Positions 27,401 through 41,086 of a DNA stretch of 62,278 nucleotides are shown here, in pieces; positions within the stretch are counted from its first letter, which is position 1; every line of letters begins with the position of its first letter. Source of the DNA: Nemertoderma westbladi. Taxonomy: Eukaryota > Animalia > Xenacoelomorpha. Both the position numbers and the translations under genes were made by a program. The notes beneath the pieces were generated by a model. It was not told the DNA's origin. It ran no database searches and saw only the letters and a list, made by a program, of their open reading frames with translations. The stretch lies in NCBI GenBank assembly GCA_032718475.1, contig JAUCBJ010002729.1:1-62278 (forward strand). Reading direction: 5' to 3'.

Positions 27401-27516
27401 CCAGTTATCTGTATCTCATATAGATTTCGGGACACGTTTTGGTCTGACACAAGGGATCTGTAACTCATATAGATTACGGGACACGTTTTGGTCTGACACA
27501 AGGGATCTGTATCTCA
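24495..27516. repeat. 49-bp minisatellite array, ~46 copies, interrupted after its first unit by an RTE insertion
   Basis: Unit tagattacgggacacgttttggtctgacaccagggatctgtatctcata at 24495, then from 25312 with period 49. Confidence 0.96.
24545..25301 (+). mobile_element. 5'-truncated RTE-like LINE (family A) with A-rich 5' filler
   Basis: ORF 24604-25263 closely matches 7889-8542; (TAG)3 tail; 11-bp TSD gtatctcatat at 24534-24544 and 25302-25312. Confidence 0.92.
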
Positions 27517-28497
27517 GAATGTAGTTTTGGCCCATTTGGGAAGTTTAGTAAGGATTTATCATTTGCTTGCAAATTTGTATAAAAGATAATTCTCCATCGA
27601 AAATGTTCCCCTAAGAAAACGGAACAGCTGCAGCAATAGAATAACAACTGAATGAACATCCACAAAACTCAATAAGAGCAATATTTTTTATCAAGATTGC
27701 TAAATAGTAGAAATGAGCAATGATATTATTGATTTTCTGAATGTTATAACCAAACAAACAATATGCTTGTGAAGAAAATGTTATTTATTACCTAACCATA
27801 CAAACCTGGCATTAAGTGCGCCTACAGGTTATGATAGTATATTTCGGGGGTTTATATTACAGCTTAACTTATGTATTTAGTTGCAAGTATAAGATGGCAA
27901 TGTTAGCGTAAACATCTAGTAAAATAATTTAAATAATTAATGCGTTGCAGCTTATAACCACCTGCTGAAACAAAAACTGCTTCTATGTGCGGGAGAGAAT
28001 TGAATTGAATTTACATATATACATTATATTAATTATTAACATATTTTGTTGGTGGATAGATATTGGAGTGGGGGGGATGGGGAGGGGGGTCAGTGGCGAT
28101 GTAATGTGAACGTCAAAACTAGAAGATCTCCTTTCCGCGAATAGATGATCAATCTGCACCTGTCACGCACTGTCATCGCTGCAGCATCTGTGGATATGGT
28201 CGATGACCCTGCGTGGATCCGACACTAGACACTAGCGGGTTATTTCCTAATTAATCGGGAGTGGGGATAGTTGACCGAGAGAGACGTGACCAGGGTGAAC
28301 GCAATCACGAATTTGGCAGCAGAATCTCTATCATCTACGAAAACGTCACAACTTAAATTGTAAGAAAATAAGTGGAGGTTCAAAAGGGCGAAGTTATTCT
28401 ACCTCAGAATACTTATATAATGAAACATCTAACATCGATAAAGTTAGTGAGAGTTAACATGAGATGCGGTTAATTTAATATTTAATTTCTCACTTAC

Positions 28498-29604
28498 TTG
28501 AGAACAGGCTAGATGTAGCGCCGTGGATTTGTCGCTTTGTTGGGCACGGACGTTAGCACCATTGATGAGACACAACCTCACAACATCTGGATCCCCACCA
28601 GACACAGCAGTGTGCAGCGGAGAATTATTCTGATTGTCTATAACTTCTAACAGATCGTTTCTAGTGAAACCCTTAGATTCAGCGAGTTCTAGCAGAGCAG
28701 TCAATGCTTTTGCAGCCCCTGTACCGGCTGCGGAGTGCATCACTGTATTCCCTTGGTGGTCTTTAGCGGATAAGTCAGCACCATGCTGCAATAAGAGTTG
28801 AGTAAGTTCCAAGTTGTCTTTTGCCGCGGCAATGTGTAATGCTGTGGTGCCATCAGACCCAGCAATGTTCACATTTACGGGGACCAAAGAGTCGAGTATT
28901 GCCTTCATTGTGTCCACATCACCATCTTCTGCAGCTCCATGGATTGGGGCACTGCCTTCTTTATTGAAGGTCGTTGTTGAAGCACCTGCATTTACTAGGA
29001 ACTCAACTCCTGCCACGGCATTGTGTTTAACCGCCCAATGTAGCGGAGTGTTAGAATCATCATCAATAGCATTGATATCGGCATTGCAATCGATCATAAA
29101 GTCCATCACATTGAGGTTGGAATGAGCTGCTGCGTGATGCAATGGTGTTGCTCCTTTGTGATCTCTCAGAAGGATGCACCGGGGATCCTTGTTGTATCTT
29201 TGGGTAAACTCACTTACTGTACCGCTCTCTGCCAGTTTCATTAGGTCAACTATCTTCTTGTTCAACTTCTTCCCATGTCGCGATTCGTCATCTTCATCGT
29301 CACGTTTCTTTGCTTCATTTGCTTCATCCTCATAGACGTATCGCATCTTCCATAAATTAAAATGACGTTTCCTCCTATCTGGAACTTTGTCTGGGGAACT
29401 TCCCACAAACACTGCAGTTTTCCTGGCTCGTCTGAGACCCCCGTTCGCGTTGATGATGTTTTCATCATTTCCATCATAGATGTGGGTGGCCCCATTGCTA
29501 AAGGAGACAAAGTATGGATTGCCTTCGTGTATATCCGTTGTTGTGGCTATCGTTGAGGTTGACAAAGATACTGAACCCCTGCGCTTATCTCGACCAAATA
29601 CCAT
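28498..29604 (-). CDS. TRPA1: TRPA1-like channel, first coding exon (N-terminal extension plus ~7 ankyrin repeats)
   Basis: ATG at 29604 in ACCATGG context; repeated TPLH/TALH/SPLH ankyrin motifs; ends STALHLACSQ at canonical donor CAA|gtaagt (28498/28497). Transmembrane region is not in the window, so the assignment rests on ankyrin-region similarity. Confidence 0.85.
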
Positions 29605-30733
29605 GGTCACGAGTTCTCAGTAACAGACTTTTCTGGTTATAAATATTTCCTTTAACTTATTTTGCCTTGGGCAACATTATTTCTTAATTTCTTCATAACA
29701 ACAGATAGTTATAATAAAATCTCGCATGTATTGTTATTAATATTAATAATATTCACTCCAATAAATAACCCCTCTGCTGTTTAAACAATAATTTACAATG
29801 TCAGATATTTTGCATATGGCATCTCAAAGTTATTGCTATGGTAAGTGAAGCTTAGGGTTCCGCAAAATGCATAACTATTACTTGATTAGCTGGCTACATT
29901 TTATTATAGGCGTTGTGTCTAATATTAGTTGTACAAAGCACAATGAGTGGTAGAGCAAGCAGCCAATGGAACGTTTAAAAGCAGAAAGCATCCCAAGAGT
30001 GGTGGTCAATATTAGTTAAGTGCACACAAATTGAGAGAGAGAGTTGCGCTCTAACTCTCCAGGAATAAACTCGTTTTTGACAGGAACATTTCTGAACTAT
30101 TGATTGACGTTTCCTCTCCTCTGATATCTAACTAATATTACTTACTCTGTGTGTGACAAGGCGCCATGAACTACACTATTTGTTATTGATTCTTTGCAAC
30201 AGGAACAATCATTTACTATCGATGATTTTGAAATGACATATGACTTGTAGGTGATGATACGGTTGGGGTAACGGCCTGTGAAAATTTAGTGCTAACTTTT
30301 CAATTAATCTACTGTATGTTAATCTGAAAGTATTTATTTTGATGGAACAAAGAATAAATAATTGCAGAAAGCAGGCCTATGTGAAAGATTAATAAAAAAA
30401 TAAATAAAATACATAGTGGTAAGTGGTAAGTAAACTAGAAGGTAGAAGCATCTTAGTTTAAAGTAAATCGCTGATAAGATAAGCAGAATTACACAAATTT
30501 ATTTTTTATACCGATACAATAAGTGTTTCTTTCATAAGACTAAATCGAAAAAAAAACTATTGAGATCAGCAATAGAATACCACCTTGATATGATCCACAA
30601 ATGAGTTACAATTGAATTACAAATACCGGTAGCTCAATATTAACTAATACTCTTCATATTGTATTACTGTAAACCTCGATCTAATGTCAGACAATATTTC
30701 CAATTCAGGAAATATAAATAATCGCATCATACT

Positions 30734-31101
30734 AATCAGGAGCCGAAGTCTCGAATCGCTCGGGATTTCGAGTTTCGCTAGGAAACTCGGGATCTCGGGC
30801 GCCCAAGGATTTGGAGAGGGTCTCGAAACTCGGTACTCAGGCCTTCGACTGGGGCGCCCGAACGGTCTCGGGAGGGCCCGAGGCTTGGGTGCATCCTAGG
30901 GTCTCGACTTTCCCGAGCCCGAGAACACAAGACCGAACTACCGAGAACCCGAGCCTGGAGAGATTGGGAGGTCCGGATCAACCAACCACGCTACAATTAG
31001 TTTAACTTTAACTTTGTAGGTTGCGAACTACATGCATTAAGTACCCGCAATGGGTCTCTTGGATAATAATATCGGGAGCTTCGAGACCACGGCTCCTGAT
31101 T
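30734..31101. mobile_element. MITE-like element with 22-bp terminal inverted repeats, ~1.1 kb upstream of the TRPA1 ATG
   Basis: aatcaggagccgaagtctcgaa at 30734 vs ttcgagaccacggctcctgatt ending 31101 (2 mismatches). Interior rich in ctcgg/ccgag motifs. No clear TSD. Confidence 0.75.
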
Positions 31102-31769
31102 GCATTTACTGCGAAATAGTGACAATATTTTTTTATTTAATTCCCATTTCTATGACAATTGGGTGGTTTGAATATAAATTAACAAAAGCTATTACTTAAG
31201 ATTTTGTAAGCAACTGCTGAAGTTCACTTGAATAAAGTTTAGCAAAATAAATGCTTGTAGATCTACTGTACCAATTGCTACATAGTTTTAGCAGTTGCTA
31301 AAATCAATTTAGCAAATGCTAAATCAGCATTTGTTTGTGCTAATGTGTGTTGAATAAAAAATTATACAATGCGAGAATATCAGTAATTGCTGTAGATTTT
31401 TCAGTATACTTAATATAAGGCTAATTTGTTGGATAAGCTCACTACTTTGATACAAGCAGATATTTTCTATTTCTTTAAGAATTGGACGAGTTACTTAATA
31501 ATGGTAATTAAGCAGGTAAAATTGTCCTCCTATAATGTAAAAGAATAATACGTTCTGGGACTTTCTTCAACAAACTAAAAATGACAGTTGGGTTCCAGAA
31601 TTATGCTATTTCAGTAGAAAATAACTTGTTTTCTTAACTCTCTTTTGAACATGTAGTTAATCCATTAATATTTTTATTAAAAATCATAATAGTCGTGAGT
31701 TCATTGTCAAATAGAACATTTTTTATACTCAATCTCGAATCTCGAGTGAGTTCAAATCAAATCGAATTC

Positions 31770-34340
31770 GTTCTGCTGGGGACACCAAATCTCTCATGGC
31801 AAATACGCAAGAATGCTACGTCGGGTTCATAGTACTGATCAAGTACAATGAACACATATCCAACCAGAATCAGATACTAAACCTGTACGTACACAGTGAT
31901 AGAGGTGTCTCATTACTGCGACCTGTACGTACACAGTACTGGAGGTGTCTCTTTAGTGCGACCTGTACGTACACAGTACTGGAGGTGTCTCTTTAGTGCG
32001 ACCTGTACGTACACAGTACTGGAGGTGTCTCTTTAGTGCGACCTGTACGTACACAGTACTGGAGGTGTCTCTTTAGTACGACCTGTACGTACACAGTACT
32101 GGAGGTGTTTCATTAGTGCGACCTGTACGTACACAGTGCTAGAGGTGTCTCATTAGTGCGACATGTACGTACACAGTACTGGAGGTGTCTCTTTAGTACG
32201 ACCTGTACGTACACAGTACTGGAGGTGTTTCATTAGTGCGACCTGTACGTACACAGTGCTAGAGGTGTCTCATTAGTGCGACCTGTACGTAAACAGTACT
32301 GGAGGTGTCTCATTAGTGCGACCTGTACGTACACAGTACTGGAGGTGTCTCTTTAGTGCGACCTGTACGTACACAGTACTGGAGGTGTCTCATTACTGCG
32401 ACCTGTACGTACACAGTACTGGAGGTGTCTCTTTAGTGCGACCTGTACGTACACAGTACTGGAGGTGTCTCTTTAGTGCGACCTGTACGTACACAGTACT
32501 GGAGGTGTCTCTTTAGTGCGACCTGTACGTACACAGTACTGGAGGTGTCTCTTTAGTACGACCTGTACGTACACAGTACTGGAGGTGTTTCATTAGTGCG
32601 ACCTGTACGTACACAGTGCTAGAGGTGTCTCATTAGTGCGACATGTACGTACACAGTACTGGAGGTGTCTCTTTAGTACGACCTGTACGTACACAGTACT
32701 GGAGGTGTTTCATTAGTGCGACCTGTACGTACACAGTGCTAGAGGTGTCTCATTAGTGCGACATGTACGTACACAGTACTGGAGGTGTCTCTTTAGTGTG
32801 ACCTGTACGTACACAGTACTGGAGGTGTCTCTTTAGTACGACCTGTACGTACACAGTACTGGAGGTGTTTCATTAGTGCGACCTGTACGTAAACAGTACT
32901 GGAGGTGTCTCATTAGTGCGACCTGTACGTACACAGCACTGGAGGTGTCTCTTTAGTGCGACCTGTACGTACACAGCACTGGAGGTGTCTCATTAGTGCG
33001 ACCTGTACGTACACAGTACTGGAGGTGTCTCTTTAGTACGACCTGTACGTACACAGTACTGGTGGAGGTGTTTCATTAGTGCGACCTGTACGTACACAGT
33101 ACTGGAGGTGTCTCTTTAGTACGACCTGTACGTACACAGTACTGGTGGAGGTGTTTCATTAGTGCGACCTGTACGTAAACAGTACTGGAGGTGTCTCATT
33201 TGTGCGACCTGTACGTACACAGCACTGGAGCTGTCTCTTTAGTGCGACCTGTACGTACATAGCACTGGAGGTGTCTCATTAGTGCGACCTGTACGTAAAC
33301 AGTACTGGAGGTGTCTCATTTGTGCGACCTGTACGTACACAGCACTGGAGCTGTCTCTTTAGTGCGACCTGTACGTACATAGCACTGGAGGTGTCTCATT
33401 AGTGCGACCTGTACGTACACAGCACTGGAGGTGTCTCATTACTGCGACCTGTACGTAAACAGTACTGGAGGTGTCTCATTAGTGCGACCTGTACGTACAT
33501 AGCACTGGAGGTGTCTCATTAGTGCGACCTGTACGTACATAGCACTGGAGGTGTCTCTTTAGTGCGACCTGTACGTACACAGTACTGGAGGTGTCTCTTT
33601 AGTACGACCTGTACGTACACAGTACTGGTGGAGGTGTTTCATTAGTGCGACCTGTACGTAAACAGTACTGGAGGTGTCTCATTTGTGCGACCTGTACGTA
33701 CACAGCACTGGAGCTGTCTCTTTAGTGCGACCTGTACGTACATAGCACTGGAGGTGTCTCATTAGTGCGACCTGTACGTACACAGCACTGGAGCTGTCTC
33801 TTTAGTGCGACCTGTACGTACATAGCACTGGAGGTGTCTCATTAGTGCGACCTGTACGTACACAGTACTGGAGGTGTCTCTTTAGTGCGACCTGTACGTA
33901 CACAGTACTGGAGGTGTCTCTTTAGTACGACCTGTACGTACACAGTACTGGAGGTGTTTAATTAGTGCGACCTGTACGTAAACAGTACTGGAGGTGTCTC
34001 ATTAGTGCGGTACATGTACGTACACAGTGATAGAGGTGTCTCATTACTGCGACCTGTACGTACACAGCACTGGAGGTGTCTCTTTAGTGCGACCTGTACG
34101 TACACAGCACTGGAGGTGTCTCTTTAGTGCGACCTGTACGTACACAGCACTGGAGGTGTTTCATTAGTGCGACCTGTACGTACACAGTACTGGAGGTGTC
34201 TCTTTAGTGCGACCTGTACGTACACAGGTACAGCACTGGATGTGTCTCATTAGTGCGACCAAACTTGACACTTGATCAGCGCAGCTCCGCCGCTTTGAAG
34301 GACATTATAGCTTTTCCGTGAGGACCAGCCAGTGCATGCC
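31770..34340 (+). mobile_element. Old RTE family A fragment split by the 40-bp array
   Basis: 31773-31868 (ctgctggggacaccaaatctct...caagtacaatgaacacatatccaaccaga) and 34262-34338 (cttgacact...ccgctttgaaggacatt...gaggaccagccagtgcat) align colinearly with 24884-25087. Confidence 0.85.
31881..34260. repeat. 40-bp minisatellite array, ~59 copies
   Basis: Unit acctgtacgtacacagtactggaggtgtctc(a/t)ttagtgcg; internal palindromes TGTACGTACA and CAGTACTG. Confidence 0.97.
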
Positions 34341-35191
34341 CTCGTGCTACGGTAAGACTGCAGGTATCCTACCCCCCGTCTGCAGCCAGTGCATGCCCTC
34401 GTGCTACGGTAAGACGGGGGTATACCCCCCCCCATGAACCTTTTTTTAAAATGGCTGTCAATTAGTGTTAAATGATAATATTGCTATTTTGTCATGGTCA
34501 ACCACTGTATGGAAGGCCAAATAGCCTTTATAGTAAAATTTGAAAATTTATAGCCTCCCCTAGCGGCTGGCGGAGGAATTAAAGATTTCACTAAAATTGC
34601 TACTAGTCCCTCAATTTTGGTCCAAATTTCTTGAAACCAACTTTTTTGAACTCAGCGTGATCGACTCTACAAAAGTTATCTTATAGCCATTTTTATTTTA
34701 AATAATTAAATTAATTAATTAATTATCATATTTTTAATTAAAATTGGCAAATTAGAAAAATTGGTACTATTTATCAAAATTCCATAAGATAACTTTTAAA
34801 GAGCTTCCAAAGCTCGTTCGAATGAGCCATACACGAAGATAATTGGTTAAAAAATGACGGAGGAGTAGTAATTTGAAAGTGAAAAATGCCATTCCGAGAA
34901 AATGCCTCTCAAAGTTTAAACCGTCCCGCCAAAATTGGCTGTCTGTATTCTGGTTGGTTAATTATTTTCGGCACAAAGGATGCACACCAACGAGCTAAAA
35001 TATTTATTACTGGGGTTTTCGGGGTCCCTGATTTCATTTCCGATGTCAGTTTTAATTTTTGGTGGAATCTAGTCTATCTGTCGGTCTTCTGTCTTTCTTA
35101 CATTATATAACCTTACAACCATAACCCATAACCTTAAGTCTCAACTCATAACCTTACATCATTCATTTCATACATTATATAACATATAGTT

Positions 35192-35277
35192 ATAAACTAA
35201 TAACTTACTGTAGGACTATTGTACCGTGTGCAATGTAAAAATAGGTACAATAGTCCTACAGTAAGTTATTAGTTTAT
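35192..35277. repeat. Perfect 34-bp inverted repeat with 18-nt spacer
   Basis: ataaactaataacttactgtaggactattgtacc (35192-35225) and its exact reverse complement (35244-35277). Confidence 0.9.
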
Positions 35278-38200
35278 TAATTATTTACTATTTATACTGT
35301 AATTACGTTTTATATTAAATTGTTCTGTACATTACATCTTTATCGTTGAGTCGGACATTGTCACGCTCTCGGTAAAGTTGTACATGTACAAAGTGTAATT
35401 ACGTTTTATATTGGTTTTAGGTTAGCGTAGTGTAATATTGTATTTGTAACCAAGTAACATAAAGGACCCCCTTGGAAATAAGCTGCAAAGCTTTAGGGGT
35501 AATCCTATATGTTATGTTGGACAATGCCGGTACATTGTTTGGTGTATTTGTTATTGTTTTTACATAATTTATAAATAAATCTATCTTCTATCTTACAATT
35601 TGACGGACAGACCGTCATACGGAAAAACAGTGATAACTCGAGAACTGAAAGAGGTCTCACTAAGCGGTTTTCAGATTTGTAATCCTCATAAAATTCTGCA
35701 CTAGATGAAATAAAGAAACAACAATTTGAAAATTTTACCTGAGGGGGGTATACCCCCCCCCCCCCCCCTCAGGTATAAGTATCAGCAATTGTTTAGTTTT
35801 TAATTAATTGTTAGCAAAAGCTTTTACTAATAAGGAAATGTTATTAAAGTCAGTTTTAGCAAATGCTTATTAGCATAGCAAAAGGTATTAGCAAAATTGC
35901 TTAATTTTTATTCAAACCACCCAGTAATTGATGTTGTGTTTATAGTAACAAGATTGTAGTCCTTGTTCCCATGGGTCTCATCATCACTATGGAATTTCTG
36001 ACAACCCGAGGATGGTTTAATTTATAAGATAATAATAAAATTCACAAAATATCCGTTAAATCCATCGATCATCCATAAATAATTCAGTAGTAGGCCTACT
36101 GTAGTAGTACAGTAGTAGTACAGTAGGCTACTGCGAGACGTCAGTTGAATGGAATAAACTTAGTCATCCAAGACGTTAATGGTAACCGAAGAACTTCTTG
36201 TGTCAACGGCGTGTTGGTTGGATGTTATTGGTCTCTAGTGATTGAACAGCAATATCGTAAGAAATAAAGTTTTAAGGGATTAATTACTTAAAGTGAAAAT
36301 CAATATCATCGCAAAACCATTTCGGATACTAAAATTAAAAATTTTCAATATTATTCATTCAAGCAGATTCTGCCTGCCCCCCCCCCCCCCCCCCCCCCTC
36401 CCCCCCATAAGGACCAAATCTGCTAGCGGATTTGGTCCATAGGCCCTACAATGTAATCCGTATTACAGTATTGTTAATTATACAGTAGACAGTAGGTAGG
36501 CCTATTGTTTTGGTTAGAAAAACCCGACTGTGCAACCTGCTTCTTTCACTCAATTGGTTATTATAGAGAAGCATTTATTGTTTTGGTTAGAAAAACCTGA
36601 AATTGTTAAAAAAAACACTTTCCCTCAACTGGGTAATCGTTTATTGTTTTGGTTATAAAATCTTGCCTGTGTAACTCACTACTTTGACTCAATTGGTAAT
36701 GTTATAGCCTATGTTTATTGTGTTTATTTATTATTATTGGTAAAATTAATTAGTTGACTTACACCGGTAACTGTAGGTTACTGGTACACACTACTGTACA
36801 CAGTTAGAGCCTGACTGTGTTTTGTAAATCTCTCGAAAGCGATAATATATTTACGGGGGACATTGTCTGCAAGATAACTTCCTCCCTTAATCTACAAGGG
36901 GACAATATCCGGCTGAGGGGACAGCTTCCGCCGTTAAGCCTACACCGGGTGACACAGTTAATAGGAGTTAATTACAACTACATCAACCTAAACGGATGAA
37001 GAGATGAAATGAAATGGAAACTAGTAGCGGGGAGCCACGAGGTTGGCGGATCCTTAGCGAACTGACACTATTACGGGACTGCGTCAATTATGACAAATAG
37101 TCGTTGTTACCATTTTGATATGCTAATGACTTTGTCGGATTTACAGCCGTCCAGTTAAAATTTTGTAGGCATCAACAAGACCAAAATTGGAGATTTTTTA
37201 GATACTTTCAGACACCATCAGTACAACAGTTTACCTCTAGAAGTTCCCGCTACATGTATAAACGCCCATGAGCCACCCATTTATTTGTTTTTAATCAGTC
37301 CAAGCTGAAACTTGGAAGATTTGTACTAGACCATTAGCTGTTTCATTCAAAGGAGGCTAATCCGTATGCAGTTCTCTATTACGTCTATTATTATCTGTTT
37401 AAGCTGAAACCTGTCAGGTGCACTATGTGCTAGAACACATCCTGTGACTTTGTGGGGTCGGTAATCGGTCTGCAGCTCTCCAGTCTGCCGCTAGAGGGCG
37501 GAATGTATGAAAGTGATAACCTTCCCGATTTCCTTGATCATGATCTGTTTGAGTTGAATCTTGGAATATATGTACTTTACCACATTTTGCCTCTTCGTGA
37601 AATCCCTGAAAGTAAAAACCTTCCACGGCTTCCTTGATTTTATTCCGTTTAAGCTGAAACTCGCCATATTTGTACTAGAAAACTGGCTGCTTCTTTGTGA
37701 GACGGCGCTCCATCTCAATTCTACAGATTGTCGCTAAGGGTCGAAATATCTGGTCGATCTTCTCTCATTTCCTTATTTGTTATCCATTCAAGCTGAAACT
37801 CTCCGGTATACCTCCGGTACGGCTAGACGGCAGACCATTCATAGGCTGCGTCTTTGTTGGGACGGTGATGCCTCGACAGTTCTCCAGTCTACCGCTAGTG
37901 GGCTGAAATGAAAACCCTCAGCCATTTCGTATTATTGTGTATAATACTATCTTGCTCATTGACACCTTGGACATATATATTCTACTTTGTCAGGGCCTCT
38001 ATCGACTGCAGTTACCCAGTCTGTCACTAGGTGCTAAAGTGATTACGGGGCATCTGCATAATTCTTGCTTATAATTTCTTCGAGTTGACACTTAACTTAA
38101 GTTAATGTCACGTGATGCGCGAAGGCCACTTCGTGTAGAATATATGCAGCTTAAATGCAGCAGGCCGATTACAGTAGTGGCAGTGGTAGTACTAATATAT

Positions 38201-38825
38201 GGAGACGTTCACACAGGCCTACAGTTATCCTATGCACTACTGTTAACAGTCCTATGATCTATCTATCTTACGTGGACGTTTAAAGCTGTTATATCTAGCA
38301 TTGACGCGCAAACAGAAATAACTAATATATATGGTTATTTTTGTCAGTTGTTTACATAAGAAATAACTCAATTACTTTACTTTATCAGGTATTAAGTAGT
38401 CCTACAAAGTACGAGTATCAAAAAATAATAACATTGTTATAATGGAACCAGCTCTATTATTGTGAAGCACGTGAAGCGTCTGATTGGCTGGAGATCACAG
38501 ATATGCAGCCAACCGGATCCCGGGAATTCAGCACTACATCAACAGTACCTGGGATATGGGATTCCGGCCTGTTAAGTTTTCCAATGAGAAATGGTACAGT
38601 GTAATAATATATGTTAGATATTACATTATTATTATTATTTCTTATTAGAAATAAGTTATTGGTTATTGCAATGGAAAGCAGACGACGCCAAAATAGCAAA
38701 CAATAAAATTTCAGAATAATATTAAAAAACCTTAATCGGTTCGCCTATCTGTTTCAATGTTTGAACAATATCTCAGTTACGGCTCTGTTAAAATGTTGGT
38801 ATGTGGACCTTCTTGACCTACTATA

Positions 38826-40887
38826 CTGTAGATACGAACCGCCTAGCTGCTGTAAAGCCCCTAAATTTAGTGGGCCAGTTATTTCTCTTAGATAGAATCC
38901 CTGAAATAATATGTCTAGCAAGTCGAAAGAACTTGGCCGTAACTAAAATTATGTCCTCTTCCAGATGAAACAAATGAAAATGTAATACCCCAGTTGTTTT
39001 CGAGGTATGAGGAGTTTTTGGCACCCATCTCATATCAACACCTTTCGGAATTGATAAAATTACTCAAAATACATCACCCTCAGAAGAAAGCGAAATTAGA
39101 ATAAAATCTTCATTGTTTGTTTTAATAAACAATCTAAACTAAATTACTAAATAACTAAGAAACTAAACTAATTACAAGTAGCTCGAAATTTTCAAATAGC
39201 CAAAAGTGGTCATTTGGCTGTATAGCTTGGCTACTGAGGTTTTAAAATGTGCTGATTTCATCGGCAAGGTTTATAAAATTGTGCTAATTTCAAAAGTGGC
39301 CAATTTGTCAGTCGAAAATTCTAAGTGCCAGCCTGTGCACTTCTATTTCAGTACTGCAGTACCCAGAGTACTGCAGTAGTGAACTGGTCCGGTAATGTAG
39401 TGTATTATTCTGTATGTGGTATGTGCATTGCACTGCTGCACTCGCACTGTACATACCGCGTCACTTGAACGTTAGGCATTCCATTACTGCTGACTGCATT
39501 ATGTTTACAGCATAATACAGTATCTTACCTGTATTAATTTGACTATTTATTATCACCTCTCTCTACACGGGCTGACAGCCACGGGGGCCTAATCTTGGTC
39601 TGGACATAGTATCTAAATCTGTATGCAGGTCGTAGCAGTTATAGTTGGAAAGTGCTGTGTGTATGGATGCCGCTCGCGCGCTCGTTCTACAGTGGCACTT
39701 ACTTAGTTCGACTCATCAGGGGTCTTCTACAGAACTGATGACACCAGGGCCTTCCACTAATATGGTTGTTCTACGGCGGCCATCTTTATCAAAAGATGTT
39801 GTTCATGTTCAACGATTCACCCGGGATCTGTTCCGACTTCAGTGTGCAGATTGCCTCAAACTCCTCGAAAACCGCCATTGAAATGAATAATACCAAATTC
39901 ATCAAGGAGAGTAAAATTTTTTTTATCTGATGTAGAGATGAAGCTACTGCTGGACTTGGGGTTGGGGGGGGGGCCGGTTATTCTTTAAGAACCATGACGC
40001 TACGTTTATTCTCCTGCCTAAACCAGCGGCACTCCTATCTGAATCCCCCGAGGACATATCGGCCCTTTCTCAAGTAAGACAATTGACCACCTTAACAATG
40101 TTCGCTTCTTAGATTTAATTATTTAGGGGAATTTTTATTAACTGCAATAATTATTGATATGTAATGGAGTATGGTTACTACCTAACTACACCATTTCCTA
40201 GAAAATAGTGTCGTTTAAAATGATGGAGAAACTGATCTGATACTTTATATTGCTCTACTCTAACTCTACTATGTGTTTGATGCGGAATTAAGAGATTCAT
40301 ATTAAGTTACTAGTTACTACCGTAATCCTGAGTTACCGAACCCTATCTGGCCCGGGTTATTTTACTACAGTACTTATTTGGCCCAGCGCCGGGGGGGGGG
40401 GGGGGGGGTGGGGTGGGGGGTGATGATTTGATGATGATGATGATTTTGATGGAATAAGGGTTTATCATTAAATTTATTAATTACATTAAATTTGTGTTAC
40501 TTGTATTTTTCGTGCCGCACATTGGCACGTATCCAAAAAAGCCGTAATCAACAAGGTAGGATATTTTTCAGTGTCATATTCGTGATCAGCATCTCAAAAA
40601 ACCTATGTAGTGCAGTACAGTAATCACTGAGCCAAATGGTATACCGTCAGGCTCACATACAGACGGGCAGGGCCTAAACAGGCTGGCGTCTATTAAAAAC
40701 AAGTAAAATCGAAAACTACTGGAGCTATTCAATTTTGTTTTGTTTCATCTGAAAAAGGACCTAATTTTAGTTAGGGACAAGAACTTTCGACGCGCTAGAC
40801 ATATTGTTTCAGGGATTCTATCTAAGAGAAATAACTGGCCCACTAAATTTAGGGGCTTTGCAGCAGCTTGGCGGGTCGTATCTACAG
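38826..40887. mobile_element. Non-autonomous DNA-transposon-like element with ~180-bp terminal inverted repeats
   Basis: 38826-39003 and 40709-40887 are diverged reverse complements (e.g. cccctaaatttagtgggccagttatttctcttagatagaatccctgaaa). No transposase ORF inside; no TSD recognised. Confidence 0.75.
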
Positions 40888-40937
40888 GAGGTCATGTGTG
40901 GTCTGATATGGGGAGAAAGTAGGCCTACTGAGTCCCC

Positions 40938-41086
40938 CTGTAAACACTATACTGTACTGTAAACACTAACACTACTGTACTGTAGACACTATACTGAACT
41001 GTAGACACTATACTGTACTGTAAACACTATACTGTACTGTAGACACTATACTGTACTGTAGACACTATACTGCACTGTAAACACTA
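40938..41086. repeat. 19-bp minisatellite, ~8 copies
   Basis: Unit ctgta(g/a)acactatactgta. Confidence 0.85.

Noticed and set aside
39700-39760. CTGATGA motifs on both strands as hammerheads
   Set aside because: No properly spaced stem II, GAAA and cleavage triplet.
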